Of a DNA stretch of 32,000 bases, positions 7,939-15,584 are shown in pieces. The translations under genes and the position numbers were made by a program. The notes beneath the pieces were generated by a model that made no database searches, was not told where the DNA came from, and was given only the letters and a program-made list of their open reading frames with translations. Within the stretch, counting starts at the first letter, position 1, and each line of letters opens with the position of its first letter. The stretch comes from Candidatus Saccharimonadota bacterium (GTDB lineage Bacteria > Patescibacteriota > Saccharimonadia > Saccharimonadales > Saccharimonadaceae), in contig CP060232.1 in the NCBI GenBank assembly GCA_023898645.1, positions 870,001-902,000 of the forward strand. The letters are read 5' to 3'.

Positions 7939-9573
7939 CTACTTCGAGCGCGTCACTTGATAAACGATCGTACCTCTCGTTGATTGAACTACTGGAAACT
8001 GCGCAAGAAAATGATCATTAACTTGATACGCTCGGCGCAACTCATCATCGACTACAATGTATGACACTCGATAGTAAGCCAACAGTTTTTTAGCGTTGTC
8101 AGAACCAGAAACAATCTCACCTATGTCTTGTCGTACCTGAGTGTAGTCGATTCCGTAAGACCAGAGCCAACCATCATACGCCATTAACGCCTGCGTATTG
8201 CTTAGCATGGTATACGGCTGGTCACTTTTTTGACTATCTATAATAATCGCGCCAGAAGGAGCAATGCTTCGAAAATGAGCTACTGCTTGATAATCGGTTG
8301 CTTGCACTAACGTGTACGTGTGGGTATCGAACTGAGACATATGAACAATATCGAGCAGTCCCGAGCCGCCAAGCAGCACGACACATACGACAGTTAACAC
8401 CTTTTCTTCATATCGACGACGCTGATCCCACCATGCGAGTAACTGCATCACTATAGGTATAAGCAAAAATAGATAACTATAAGTAAATAACTTCGTATTG
8501 TCCCATTCCCATACCTGGAAAGACACGAAGTGACACACGGTAAAAATACCCAGTGCACTTATAAACAACGGATGCGATAGCCATTTTTGTCGCCAAGCAG
8601 AGTAAACGCCAAGCGGCAGTAAAATGCCAAAATTCAATAACTCAAAACCGAGTAAGTTATGTCCAGCCGACATCCAGCCAAGCTGCCAATGCGGTAAGCT
8701 GCCGCTGCCACTATTTAAGAGTAGAAAGTACCAGTACGCCCCGATTCCTATCTCAGCGACAAGTGCATACCATAGAAATAGTCCATATTGCCGACGGTAC
8801 CGTAGCAAATAAACTGCCGACACTATCACGACTACGATAAGTGAATGCGGATGTATTATGGTTAAAATACCAGCGAGAAGTCCGGCGCATACCGCTTGGT
8901 ACACCGACGCCTTTTTAGCGACCATTCGCTCCAAAATCAATATGATCGAAAGTGCTATGGGCAAGCCAAACAAAAAATTACGTTGCGGTAGCATTTCTCC
9001 TACCACGAAATTGATGAAATAAATTCCATGTTCGGGCATATGCGTATACCATTCATGCGTCACGCCATACTCGCTCAGATAATACAAAAATCCTAAACCA
9101 CCGCTCAGCAAAAACAAACTCAAGGCAACTACTGCACTTTTTACCCGTCCGGTAAAATGATACGCAAATCGGTAGAGTACATACAGCATTATTATCGTCA
9201 TAAAAATACTTGGCACAATAAATGACGGCACCACCCCTACCCCTGTTCGCATAAGTAATCCTGAAAGCGCGTCCGGCAAAAACGGATACGTAAACTTGGC
9301 ACCTGCAAATAATGGATGAGCCAGAAACCAATCATGAGGTGCCCGATAGGCAAAAACTGAGGCGTAGGATAAATGACTCGCCCAATCCGCCCATAGCAAA
9401 GAATGCCCGGAAACTATATCTCCCTTGGAATCATTGCGAAATACATTAACCCAAAGCCAAATAAAATAACCACCCCATAGCGCGAATACAGCGAATAAGC
9501 CACGTTGGTAGTTATTCAAGCTCCGTAATGCCATGCGGGATTTTTTTAGAACAGCTTTTTTAGACCACTTCAT
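7939..9573 (-). CDS. Large polytopic integral membrane protein with C-terminal soluble domain (a GT-C-type glycosyltransferase is only a guess)
   Basis: 544 aa with many hydrophobic helices over the first ~400 aa, followed by a hydrophilic ~130-aa tail. I could not name any diagnostic motif with confidence. Confidence 0.5.
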   Translation of the reverse strand: MKWSKKAVLKKSRMALRSLNNYQRGLFAVFALWGGYFIWLWVNVFRNDSKGDIVSGHSLLWADWASHLSYASVFAYRAPHDWFLAHPLFAGAKFTYPFLPDALSGLLMRTGVGVVPSFIVPSIFMTIIMLYVLYRFAYHFTGRVKSAVVALSLFLLSGGLGFLYYLSEYGVTHEWYTHMPEHGIYFINFVVGEMLPQRNFLFGLPIALSIILILERMVAKKASVYQAVCAGLLAGILTIIHPHSLIVVVIVSAVYLLRYRRQYGLFLWYALVAEIGIGAYWYFLLLNSGSGSLPHWQLGWMSAGHNLLGFELLNFGILLPLGVYSAWRQKWLSHPLFISALGIFTVCHFVSFQVWEWDNTKLFTYSYLFLLIPIVMQLLAWWDQRRRYEEKVLTVVCVVLLGGSGLLDIVHMSQFDTHTYTLVQATDYQAVAHFRSIAPSGAIIIDSQKSDQPYTMLSNTQALMAYDGWLWSYGIDYTQVRQDIGEIVSGSDNAKKLLAYYRVSYIVVDDELRRAYQVNDHFLAQFPVVQSTRGTIVYQVTRSK

Positions 9574-9627
9574 ATTCTTAGAAAATTCTAACGCTTACGA
9601 TGCTACTGAACAAGTCAAGACGGACGA

Positions 9628-10068
9628 TCAAACAACCTTCTGTGGAGCCTTCAGGTGCATCTCGCGTGCTTTATTTGCCCATTCGTCGGCCATTTCATTA
9701 CCTTCATCGCCTTCGTGTCCACGTACCCAGTTGAGCGTTGCATTCGAATGAATGTACAGCGGATAAACAGCCTGCACGATATCAAGATTTTTAATATCAC
9801 CGCCCTTTTTGCGCCAGCCCTTCGCTTCCCAGCCGGCAGCCCATTTGGTTATGACATTTATCCAAAATTCACTGTCTGTATAGATCTCACAAGTCTCGCC
9901 ACCCGCATCTTCAAGTGCCGCTTTAATTGCTAGGCCCTCCATGCGAATGTTAGTCGTCTCATGTAGGTCCTCGCCGCCTACAATATATGGTTTATTGTCG
10001 CGGATTACCGCAAACCCACCCGGACCCGGATTCGGACTAGCGCTACCATCTGTGTAATACACAATCAT
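9628..10068 (-). CDS. rnhA: Ribonuclease HI
   Basis: 146 aa. IVYYTDGSASPNPGPGGFAV...TNIRMEGLAIKAALE...IYTDSEFWIN...WVRGHEGDEGNEMADEWA carries the DEDD catalytic pattern of RNase H type 1. Confidence 0.93.
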   Translation of the reverse strand: MIVYYTDGSASPNPGPGGFAVIRDNKPYIVGGEDLHETTNIRMEGLAIKAALEDAGGETCEIYTDSEFWINVITKWAAGWEAKGWRKKGGDIKNLDIVQAVYPLYIHSNATLNWVRGHEGDEGNEMADEWANKAREMHLKAPQKVV

Positions 10069-10075
10069 TCATTCC

Positions 10076-10084
10076 AGTATACCA
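10076..10084 (-). promoter_or_regulatory. Extended -10 TGgTATACT, 7 nt upstream of the rnhA ATG (leaderless-type spacing)
   Basis: The reverse complement of 10076-10084 is TGGTATACT, followed by GGAATGA and then the ATG at 10068. Confidence 0.55.
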
Positions 10085-10096
10085 CTACTTATCGCC

Positions 10097-10124
10097 TTGC
10101 CAGTACAGCATAAAAGATTATAAT
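10097..10124 (+). promoter_or_regulatory. Promoter for the PafA/Dop-like gene: -35 TTGCCA, 16 nt, -10 TATAAT, then 7 nt to the ATG
   Basis: TTGCCA is at 10097-10102 and TATAAT at 10119-10124. ACCCCTT follows, then the ATG at 10132. Confidence 0.6.
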
Positions 10125-10131
10125 ACCCCTT

Positions 10132-11511
10132 ATGCATAGCGTTACTGAGACAAAAATCACGCCAGACATGTTTTTCAATGAAGAGCCACCAGAGCGAATC
10201 ATCGGAGTCGAAGATGAGTACGATATTCAGATAGCAGCACAACCGAGTGGTTCATCCGCTCAAGCGGGTGATTATATATCTCAACAGGCAATCAAAAATG
10301 CCGGACTTCGAGTTCTTGGTAACTACACGGAAAACGGCGCTAAACTTTACCAGGATATGGGTCATGCCGAATATTGTACGCCAGAATGCCTAGGCCCCTA
10401 TCAAGCCGCCGCAGCAGACATAGCGGGGATGCATGTTATTGCGTCAGTCGTCGAAGCGTCGGGGCTAAAACACAACGGATTGTACCGAATTAGTGGTACA
10501 TGGGACAATGCAGAGTATGGAACAACTAATGGTGTCCATGAAAACTTTATGGCTCCGGCGTCTATTTCTCATAACAGCCTTCTTGTTAATCTTCTCCCCA
10601 CCTATTACGCTACTAGACTAGGTACTATGGCGGGCACTATTTCTCGTAACAAATATATTTTTTCTCAAAAAGAACATGGTATCGGCGACGCCCCAATCGA
10701 AAGGCATCTTATCCGACGTGTCTCGCACGGCAGCAAGCCAATGGCGCTAATATTAAAGGAAGAATCAGAAACCGTCGGCAACGGCTGGCTACGACTTGAA
10801 ACCAGATACGCTGACGCACCGATATCACTGGCAGCTCGTCGCCATGCTCTCGCCACGACATCTCTTATGCTACGCCTGGTCGAGCATGAAAATCTGTTCA
10901 ATGAAAGTGAGTTCGACGACATCATTCTTAAGGATCCCGTTTCCGCTACACACGTATTCATGAGAGACATGTCACTTCGAAAAAAAGCCGAGGTACGTTC
11001 CGGTAAGCGCCTCAATATGCTCGATATCGAAGAAAAACTCGCGGAAAAAGTACTATTCCTGTGCGAGCGTATAAAACTGCCTGAAGACGAAATCGATGCC
11101 GCAAATATCTGGCCAATTATCAATGCCGCATTCCGCCGTAGTAACCCAGCGAAAGCTGATTATGACCCCTACTTACTGCGTGAATACGGAGTTGCCACGA
11201 AACATTATTGGCTCAAGCGTATCGGTGCGTTCGACAAAGGCGACGCTGAATCAAAAACACGCTCTTTGCAATGGGACAGAGTGCTTCCTACGGGTAACGG
11301 TATCGCAATGATGAAAAATTCCAAAACCGTAGACCCAGAAGTAGAGACACTACAAACAACCGCCCCGCTTACACGTGCGGCCATACGCCAACAATTCATA
11401 CAGGAATTCGAAAACAATCCAAAAGCAAGAGTTACTGACTGGAACGGTGGCATTTTGCCACCCAGAAGTATACCTATAGACTTTTCAGACCCGTACGGTT
11501 ATCGCGACTAG
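10132..11511 (+). CDS. Pup ligase/deamidase family protein (PafA/Dop homolog, divergent)
   Basis: 459 aa. Alignable by eye to mycobacterial PafA as I recall it: [10 protein letters not shown] vs [30 protein letters not shown] vs [30 protein letters not shown] vs [26 protein letters not shown] vs LLPFLVTRQLICGAGKV. It directly abuts a Pup gene. Confidence 0.8.
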   Translation: [459 protein letters not shown]

Positions 11512-11736
11512 CTACTGGCCGCCCTTTTGCTTGTAAGCATTGACGAACTCTTCGGCGTTCTCTTCTAGTACGTCATCCATCTCATCAAGCATACTATCAA
11601 TATCATCGACAGTTTCCGAAGACCATTCTGCTTGATTATCTGCGGTAGCAGCCCTGCCTAAATCTCTAGTTGTTGACTCGTCGTCGTCACTACGATTTTC
11701 ACGACCCGATACTTGTCCACCTTTTTCACCTGCCAT
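11512..11736 (-). CDS. pup: Prokaryotic ubiquitin-like protein Pup (GGQ C-terminus)
   Basis: 74 aa, acidic and low-complexity. The C-terminal LDEMDDVLEENAEEFVNAYKQKGGQ is nearly identical to the actinobacterial Pup tail (...DDVLEENAEDFVRAYVQKGGQ as I recall it). SD AAAGGGGG lies 4 nt before the ATG. Confidence 0.9.
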   Translation of the reverse strand: MAGEKGGQVSGRENRSDDDESTTRDLGRAATADNQAEWSSETVDDIDSMLDEMDDVLEENAEEFVNAYKQKGGQ

Positions 11737-11805
11737 AGAGCCCCCTTTTGTTATAAGGCTATTTTACTCCTTAGTCAGGTTATTGCAATACAGCCACAAG
11801 CGTCA

Positions 11806-12021
11806 TTAAAGTAACTTTTTAATACCGCCCAGAACCAAGCCCTCTATACCGCCAACCATTTCGATAGTATTGATCCAAAATTCTTTTTTTGTATACTCCA
11901 GTAATACCAGCCGCCCCAATTCGCACAACGTTACAACACGCACGTCATCGCGCCTTGTATCCGCCTCCAATGCGCCCTCGGGGTACACATTTTGGTCTTC
12001 GTATTCATGATTTTTTGCCAC
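11806..12021 (-). CDS. Hypothetical 71-aa protein immediately upstream of pup
   Basis: GTG start preceded by AAGGGGGA with 4 nt spacing, the same SD type as pup. Acidic N-terminal half and hydrophobic Gly-rich C-terminus (MVGGIEGLVLGGIKKLL). No family recognised. Confidence 0.5.
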   Translation of the reverse strand: MAKNHEYEDQNVYPEGALEADTRRDDVRVVTLCELGRLVLLEYTKKEFWINTIEMVGGIEGLVLGGIKKLL

Positions 12022-12087
12022 ACTATCCCCCTTATTGAAAGTTCTCTATTTTCGACAAAACTTCAAGATTTTACTCATATGCCGTCA

Positions 12088-12633
12088 TTATACCAAATCT
12101 ACATCAGTTATTTCCGTTGCCCCGCGGTATACATAACGCTGGCGCATATATGGCAACACGTCGAATCGCAACACGCCAGAAAGCACCGACAGAAACGTCA
12201 CCAAGTCACCCACCATACCCATATACGACCCAGACAAAAAGTTATACGGAAACCAAAATGCCGTCGGCATAAAAGATACAAAACGAATATGTTTCGGGTT
12301 CTTTTGCCACATCGCAGTCGATGCCAACATCATAGCAATAAATGGCAAAAGGCTCGTCCAGTCTCTCCAGGTAACTAATGTCATCATCGCATACACAAAT
12401 ATCGACAATTCAAATATCCATTCATAACCCCTGTACTTATCAAACACGTAACTCCGAACCGCACCCAAAAGCACCATACCAGCACCTGTATACGCTCCGA
12501 TAAAGAAGTAATAGAGTGACCATGCCAAGCACGAAGCAACTTGAGTCTTTAAAATAAGACTTCTCTTGTTGAGCTGAAACGATGCAATTAACAGACCGAT
12601 ACCGATCAATCCGATAAGTTGCACAAATAACAT
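12088..12633 (-). CDS. ygjV: YgjV-family inner membrane protein
   Basis: Two repeated 3-TM halves alignable to E. coli YgjV as I recall it: QLIGLIGIGLLIASFQLNKR...FFIGAYTGAGMVLLGAVRS, and LLPFIAMMLASTAMW...YNFLSGSYMGMVGD...VLRF. The start is moved to the ATG at 12633, just before the first TM helix; the track start is 12675. Confidence 0.65.
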   Translation of the reverse strand: MLFVQLIGLIGIGLLIASFQLNKRSLILKTQVASCLAWSLYYFFIGAYTGAGMVLLGAVRSYVFDKYRGYEWIFELSIFVYAMMTLVTWRDWTSLLPFIAMMLASTAMWQKNPKHIRFVSFMPTAFWFPYNFLSGSYMGMVGDLVTFLSVLSGVLRFDVLPYMRQRYVYRGATEITDVDLV

Positions 12634-12756
12634 GCTCTGTACCCCTGTAAATTTCAGTGTTTTATATGCACACAATCATCATAGCACCACATATGGCAAA
12701 ATGGATATGGTTTTTATATTTATTACATATCTAAAACCAAGGGCGTCGTTTAGCTA

Positions 12757-14058
12757 CTAAGCCAGTGAGTCAATTGTCACACGCTTTTGCTCAGTCGTAT
12801 CGCGATCACGGATAGTCACCGTATTATCCTCGAGCGTGTCAAAGTCAATCACCACGCAGTAAGGCGTGCCTATTTCGTCTTGACGGCGATAACGCTTACC
12901 GATGTTTCCGTTATCGTCCCACATCACGTTACCATGCTTCTTTTTCAAGATGTTATACACTCCCCTCGCCTTCTCTACCAGCTCAGGTTTGTTTTTGAGC
13001 AGCGGCGATACGCAATATTTTACAGGGGCCAAATGCTCAGGGAATTTCATGACAATGCGCTTTTCACCGTTCACTTCGTCTTCTGTATAAGCAGCACTTA
13101 GCACGGCCATAACTGACCGTTCTACGCCGAACGACGGTTCAATCACATGTGGAATAAATTTTGTGTTCGTTCCTTTGATGGTATATTCCATACTCTTGCC
13201 GGCATTATTTTGGATGTTCATCAAGTCAAAGTCAGTGCGGTACGCCAGGCCTAACAATTCTTCTTTGCCAATCGGAAAGTCATACTCTATATCGATAGTA
13301 CGCTTGCTATAATGCGCACGATCTTCCGCAGGAACTTCCAGTTCGTGAACCTTGTCTTGCGGCAAACCAAGTGCATCTAGGAATGCGTGCACGTCCTTGA
13401 GCAGCGCATCAAACGATTCTTGCCATTTGTCCGGTTCTACAAAGTATTCGATTTCCATCTGTTCAAACTCACGACTGCGGAATATGAAATCACGAGGACT
13501 AATTTCGTTGCGAAACGCCTTGCCCTGTTGCGCCAAACCAAACGGCAAATCTGGGTAAAAACTGTCTACAACATTTTTATAGTTCGTAAAGATTCCTTGC
13601 GCAGTTTCGGGTCGAAGATAGCTAATTGATGTATCATCCTCGACAGCACCGACATGGGTTTTAAACATCATATTAAATTGACGCGGTTCACCAAACGTGT
13701 CCTCTTTGCCACAAGTTGGGCACTTGCTAATATCGATTTTATCCGCTCGGAAGCGTCCGTGACAATTACTGCATTCAACCAGCGGGTCTGTAAAAGTTGC
13801 GGTATGGCCGCTCGCTTCCCATACTTTTTTATTCATCAATATAGCCGCGTCTACCCCGTACATATCTTCACGGTCGTCGACGAACATCTTCCACCATAGC
13901 TGCATAATATTGCGCTTCAAGGCAACGCCGAGTGGCCCGTAGTCCCACGTACCGCTTAAGCCGCCGTACACGTCGGAGCCAGGATATATAAACCCGCGGC
14001 GCTTCGCCAAGCTCACGATGTTTTCCATGGCTACGTTCTTCTCTGTTGTATCACTCAT
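12757..14058 (-). CDS. glyQS: Glycine--tRNA ligase (homodimeric GlyQS type)
   Basis: 433 aa. LAKRRGFIYPGSDVYGGLSGTWDYGPLGVALKRNI, a Cys cluster (CSNCHGRFRADK...CPTCG), class II motifs, and a C-terminal anticodon-binding region. Confidence 0.93.
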   Translation of the reverse strand: MSDTTEKNVAMENIVSLAKRRGFIYPGSDVYGGLSGTWDYGPLGVALKRNIMQLWWKMFVDDREDMYGVDAAILMNKKVWEASGHTATFTDPLVECSNCHGRFRADKIDISKCPTCGKEDTFGEPRQFNMMFKTHVGAVEDDTSISYLRPETAQGIFTNYKNVVDSFYPDLPFGLAQQGKAFRNEISPRDFIFRSREFEQMEIEYFVEPDKWQESFDALLKDVHAFLDALGLPQDKVHELEVPAEDRAHYSKRTIDIEYDFPIGKEELLGLAYRTDFDLMNIQNNAGKSMEYTIKGTNTKFIPHVIEPSFGVERSVMAVLSAAYTEDEVNGEKRIVMKFPEHLAPVKYCVSPLLKNKPELVEKARGVYNILKKKHGNVMWDDNGNIGKRYRRQDEIGTPYCVVIDFDTLEDNTVTIRDRDTTEQKRVTIDSLA

Positions 14059-14070
14059 AATTCTCAGTCA

Positions 14071-14079
14071 ATTATAACA
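14071..14079 (-). promoter_or_regulatory. Extended -10 TGtTATAAT, 12 nt upstream of the glyQS ATG
   Basis: The reverse complement of 14071-14079 is TGTTATAAT. The leader is too short for a T-box. Confidence 0.5.
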
Positions 14080-14100
14080 CATTGCAATTTTTCATGTTTA

Positions 14101-14109
14101 TGGTATTAT
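14101..14109 (+). promoter_or_regulatory. Extended -10 TGgTATTAT for the small two-gene module
   Basis: 14101-14109 reads TGGTATTAT. It is followed by a ~28-nt leader carrying SD AGGAG (14135-14139), 5 nt before the ATG at 14145. Confidence 0.5.
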
Positions 14110-14144
14110 AGAAAATAACAGTCGACCCTACGTTAGGAGTTCAA

Positions 14145-14429
14145 ATGAAGACTGTCGCATATTTTACCAAGCGACAACTTAGGTATATGTCTCGCCTACC
14201 AGGCAGAGCGTTCACTGCACTAATTGCGGTCGGCGAAAACGCCATATCCATGGCACCAAATCGTATCGCCCGTGTTAACACTAGCCTGAAAGGCGTGCAA
14301 AATGCCTTCGACGAAATCATCGAGGGAGTGTGCGAAAACGTCAGCCACCTTGCGTGGCTCGTGGATGCAAACTTTAGTGACAGGTATGTCACCGATTCAA
14401 CACCCCATCCACTTCTCGTTTCAAAATGA
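14145..14429 (+). CDS. Hypothetical 94-aa protein (first gene of a coupled pair)
   Basis: Good SD (TAGGAG) and an ATG start. Its stop overlaps the next start (ATGA at 14426-14429). No family recognised. Confidence 0.55.
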   Translation: MKTVAYFTKRQLRYMSRLPGRAFTALIAVGENAISMAPNRIARVNTSLKGVQNAFDEIIEGVCENVSHLAWLVDANFSDRYVTDSTPHPLLVSK

Positions 14430-14638
14430 TTCGCCGTTACACAACCCCTAAGAGAGGGGCGCCAGTGAAAAAAATATCACTACGAAAGTACGCCCGGCTA
14501 CAACAAGTAATGCGATTCAGTCATATGCCTGAACGGCACATGACTATACGGCATGAACTGGCCGTAGTGATTCTCGAAAAGGCAAAAGGCGTAGGCCGAT
14601 TCTTGATTGCCCCGCTACGTGCCATGAGTCGTCGCTAA
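14426..14638 (+). CDS. Hypothetical 70-aa strongly basic protein (second gene of a coupled pair)
   Basis: 4-nt ATGA overlap with the upstream ORF. R/K-rich (MIRRYTTPKRGAPVKKISLRKYARLQQ...). Followed by a GC-stem hairpin. Confidence 0.45.
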   Translation: MIRRYTTPKRGAPVKKISLRKYARLQQVMRFSHMPERHMTIRHELAVVILEKAKGVGRFLIAPLRAMSRR

Positions 14639-14643
14639 CACAT

Positions 14644-14682
14644 CGCCCCGCTCTCGTCGACAACAGTCACGGGCGCGGGGCG
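14644..14682 (+). terminator. Hairpin CGCCCCGC...GCGGGGCG followed by CTTTAATTTAT (weak terminator candidate)
   Basis: 8-bp GC stem (14644-14651 pairing with 14675-14682) with a long 23-nt loop. The T-rich tail is imperfect. Confidence 0.35.
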
Positions 14683-14698
14683 CTTTAATTTATGAAGA

Positions 14699-14827
14699 TT
14701 AAAAAACTTTAAACAAAATGAAGAGCTGCAAGACTGCAGCTATAACAACGATAATCACGCTTACAACCTGTTGCCAGCGTGGCTCAGGTATATGCGTCTG
14801 AAAATCATCCTTTTGTGGCCTTTTCAT
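14699..14827 (-). CDS. Candidate 42-aa single-TM micro-protein downstream of ybjQ (below the ORF-track cutoff)
   Basis: My translation is MKRPQKDDFQTHIPEPRWQQVVSVIIVVIAAVLQLFILFKVF. The ATG at 14827 begins 1 nt after the ybjQ stop codon (14829-14831). Confidence 0.35.
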   Translation of the reverse strand: MKRPQKDDFQTHIPEPRWQQVVSVIIVVIAAVLQLFILFKVF

Positions 14828-14828
14828 G

Positions 14829-15161
14829 TTATATTTTTTTAATTTTTACGGCCGTACCATAAGCTGCCACTTCGTTCATACTACCACCTATTTCACCGGT
14901 ATCGAACCGCATGGCAATCACTGCATTAGCCCCCTTTTCGAACGCCGCCTTTTTCATACGCTCTGTCGCTTCAATCCTACTATCTGCCAAAAGCTTCGTA
15001 TAGCCACGGATTTCACCACCGATAATCGACTTTAAACCGGCGCCAATATTACTGACTACATTTCTACTTCGCGCTAACACACCAAAGACTTCTCCATAAA
15101 CTTCCACAACTTCATATCCCGCTACGTCATTTGTCGTTACGACCAAAATATCATTGTTCAT
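14829..15161 (-). CDS. ybjQ: YbjQ-family (UPF0145) protein
   Basis: MNNDILVVTTNDVAGYEVVEVYGEVFG...SIIGGEIRGYTKLLADSR...ANAVIAMRFD is the family pattern. The start is moved to the ATG at 15161, which has SD AAGGAG 4 nt upstream; the track start is 15200. Confidence 0.85.
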   Translation of the reverse strand: MNNDILVVTTNDVAGYEVVEVYGEVFGVLARSRNVVSNIGAGLKSIIGGEIRGYTKLLADSRIEATERMKKAAFEKGANAVIAMRFDTGEIGGSMNEVAAYGTAVKIKKI

Positions 15162-15219
15162 GGTGCTCCTTTTCGTGTTATGCTTTTCAGAATTTAGCAT
15201 AACATATCTAGTAAAAGTG

Positions 15220-15247
15220 TTGTGAATCTGTGTAATTGTTATATACT
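15220..15247 (+). promoter_or_regulatory. Promoter: -35 TTGTGA, 16 nt, -10 TATACT
   Basis: TTGTGA is at 15220-15225 and TATACT at 15242-15247, upstream of the 15284 ORF. Confidence 0.5.
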
Positions 15248-15283
15248 ATCCATTGGCACATCCAACTGATGAAAGGGATGGAT

Positions 15284-15577
15284 ATGTCTGCACAAAGTAA
15301 AAGCAAGGACTTCACGCAACGTATCCGTAAGTTAGCTGAACTACTGGAAGATATCGGCAAGGTTGTTTCCTCAGCCATATCGACAGAAGCTCAGCGCTAT
15401 AGCCAAGAGGACACGCGTCAGCGATTCCGCCAGGCAAAAATGAAATTACGAGACGCTAGCGACAACGCAGAGTGGATTGCAAGAAACGAGCTTCGGCTCG
15501 TGGCATGGCGTGCGCAATCAGTCGGCAAAGACATTTCAGCCCTGATTGCCGACTTTTCCGCTACTTCTCGCTCCTAA
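15284..15577 (+). CDS. Hypothetical ~97-aa helical protein
   Basis: The ATG at 15284 is preceded by AAAGGGA. The sequence is charged and helix-prone (MSAQSKSKDFTQRIRKLAELLEDIGK...). No family recognised. Confidence 0.5.
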   Translation: MSAQSKSKDFTQRIRKLAELLEDIGKVVSSAISTEAQRYSQEDTRQRFRQAKMKLRDASDNAEWIARNELRLVAWRAQSVGKDISALIADFSATSRS

Positions 15578-15584
15578 GCCACAC

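Noticed and set aside
10665-11453. Minus-strand ORFs (152 aa and 82 aa) and a 71-aa plus-strand alternative-frame ORF (11096-11311) inside the PafA/Dop-like gene
   Set aside because: They overlap a gene with clear family-level similarity on the plus strand. Their Ser/Arg-rich sequences have no recognisable motifs.
14059-14100. T-box or other leader upstream of glyQS
   Set aside because: The -10 box lies only 12 nt from the ATG, leaving no room for a T-box riboswitch.
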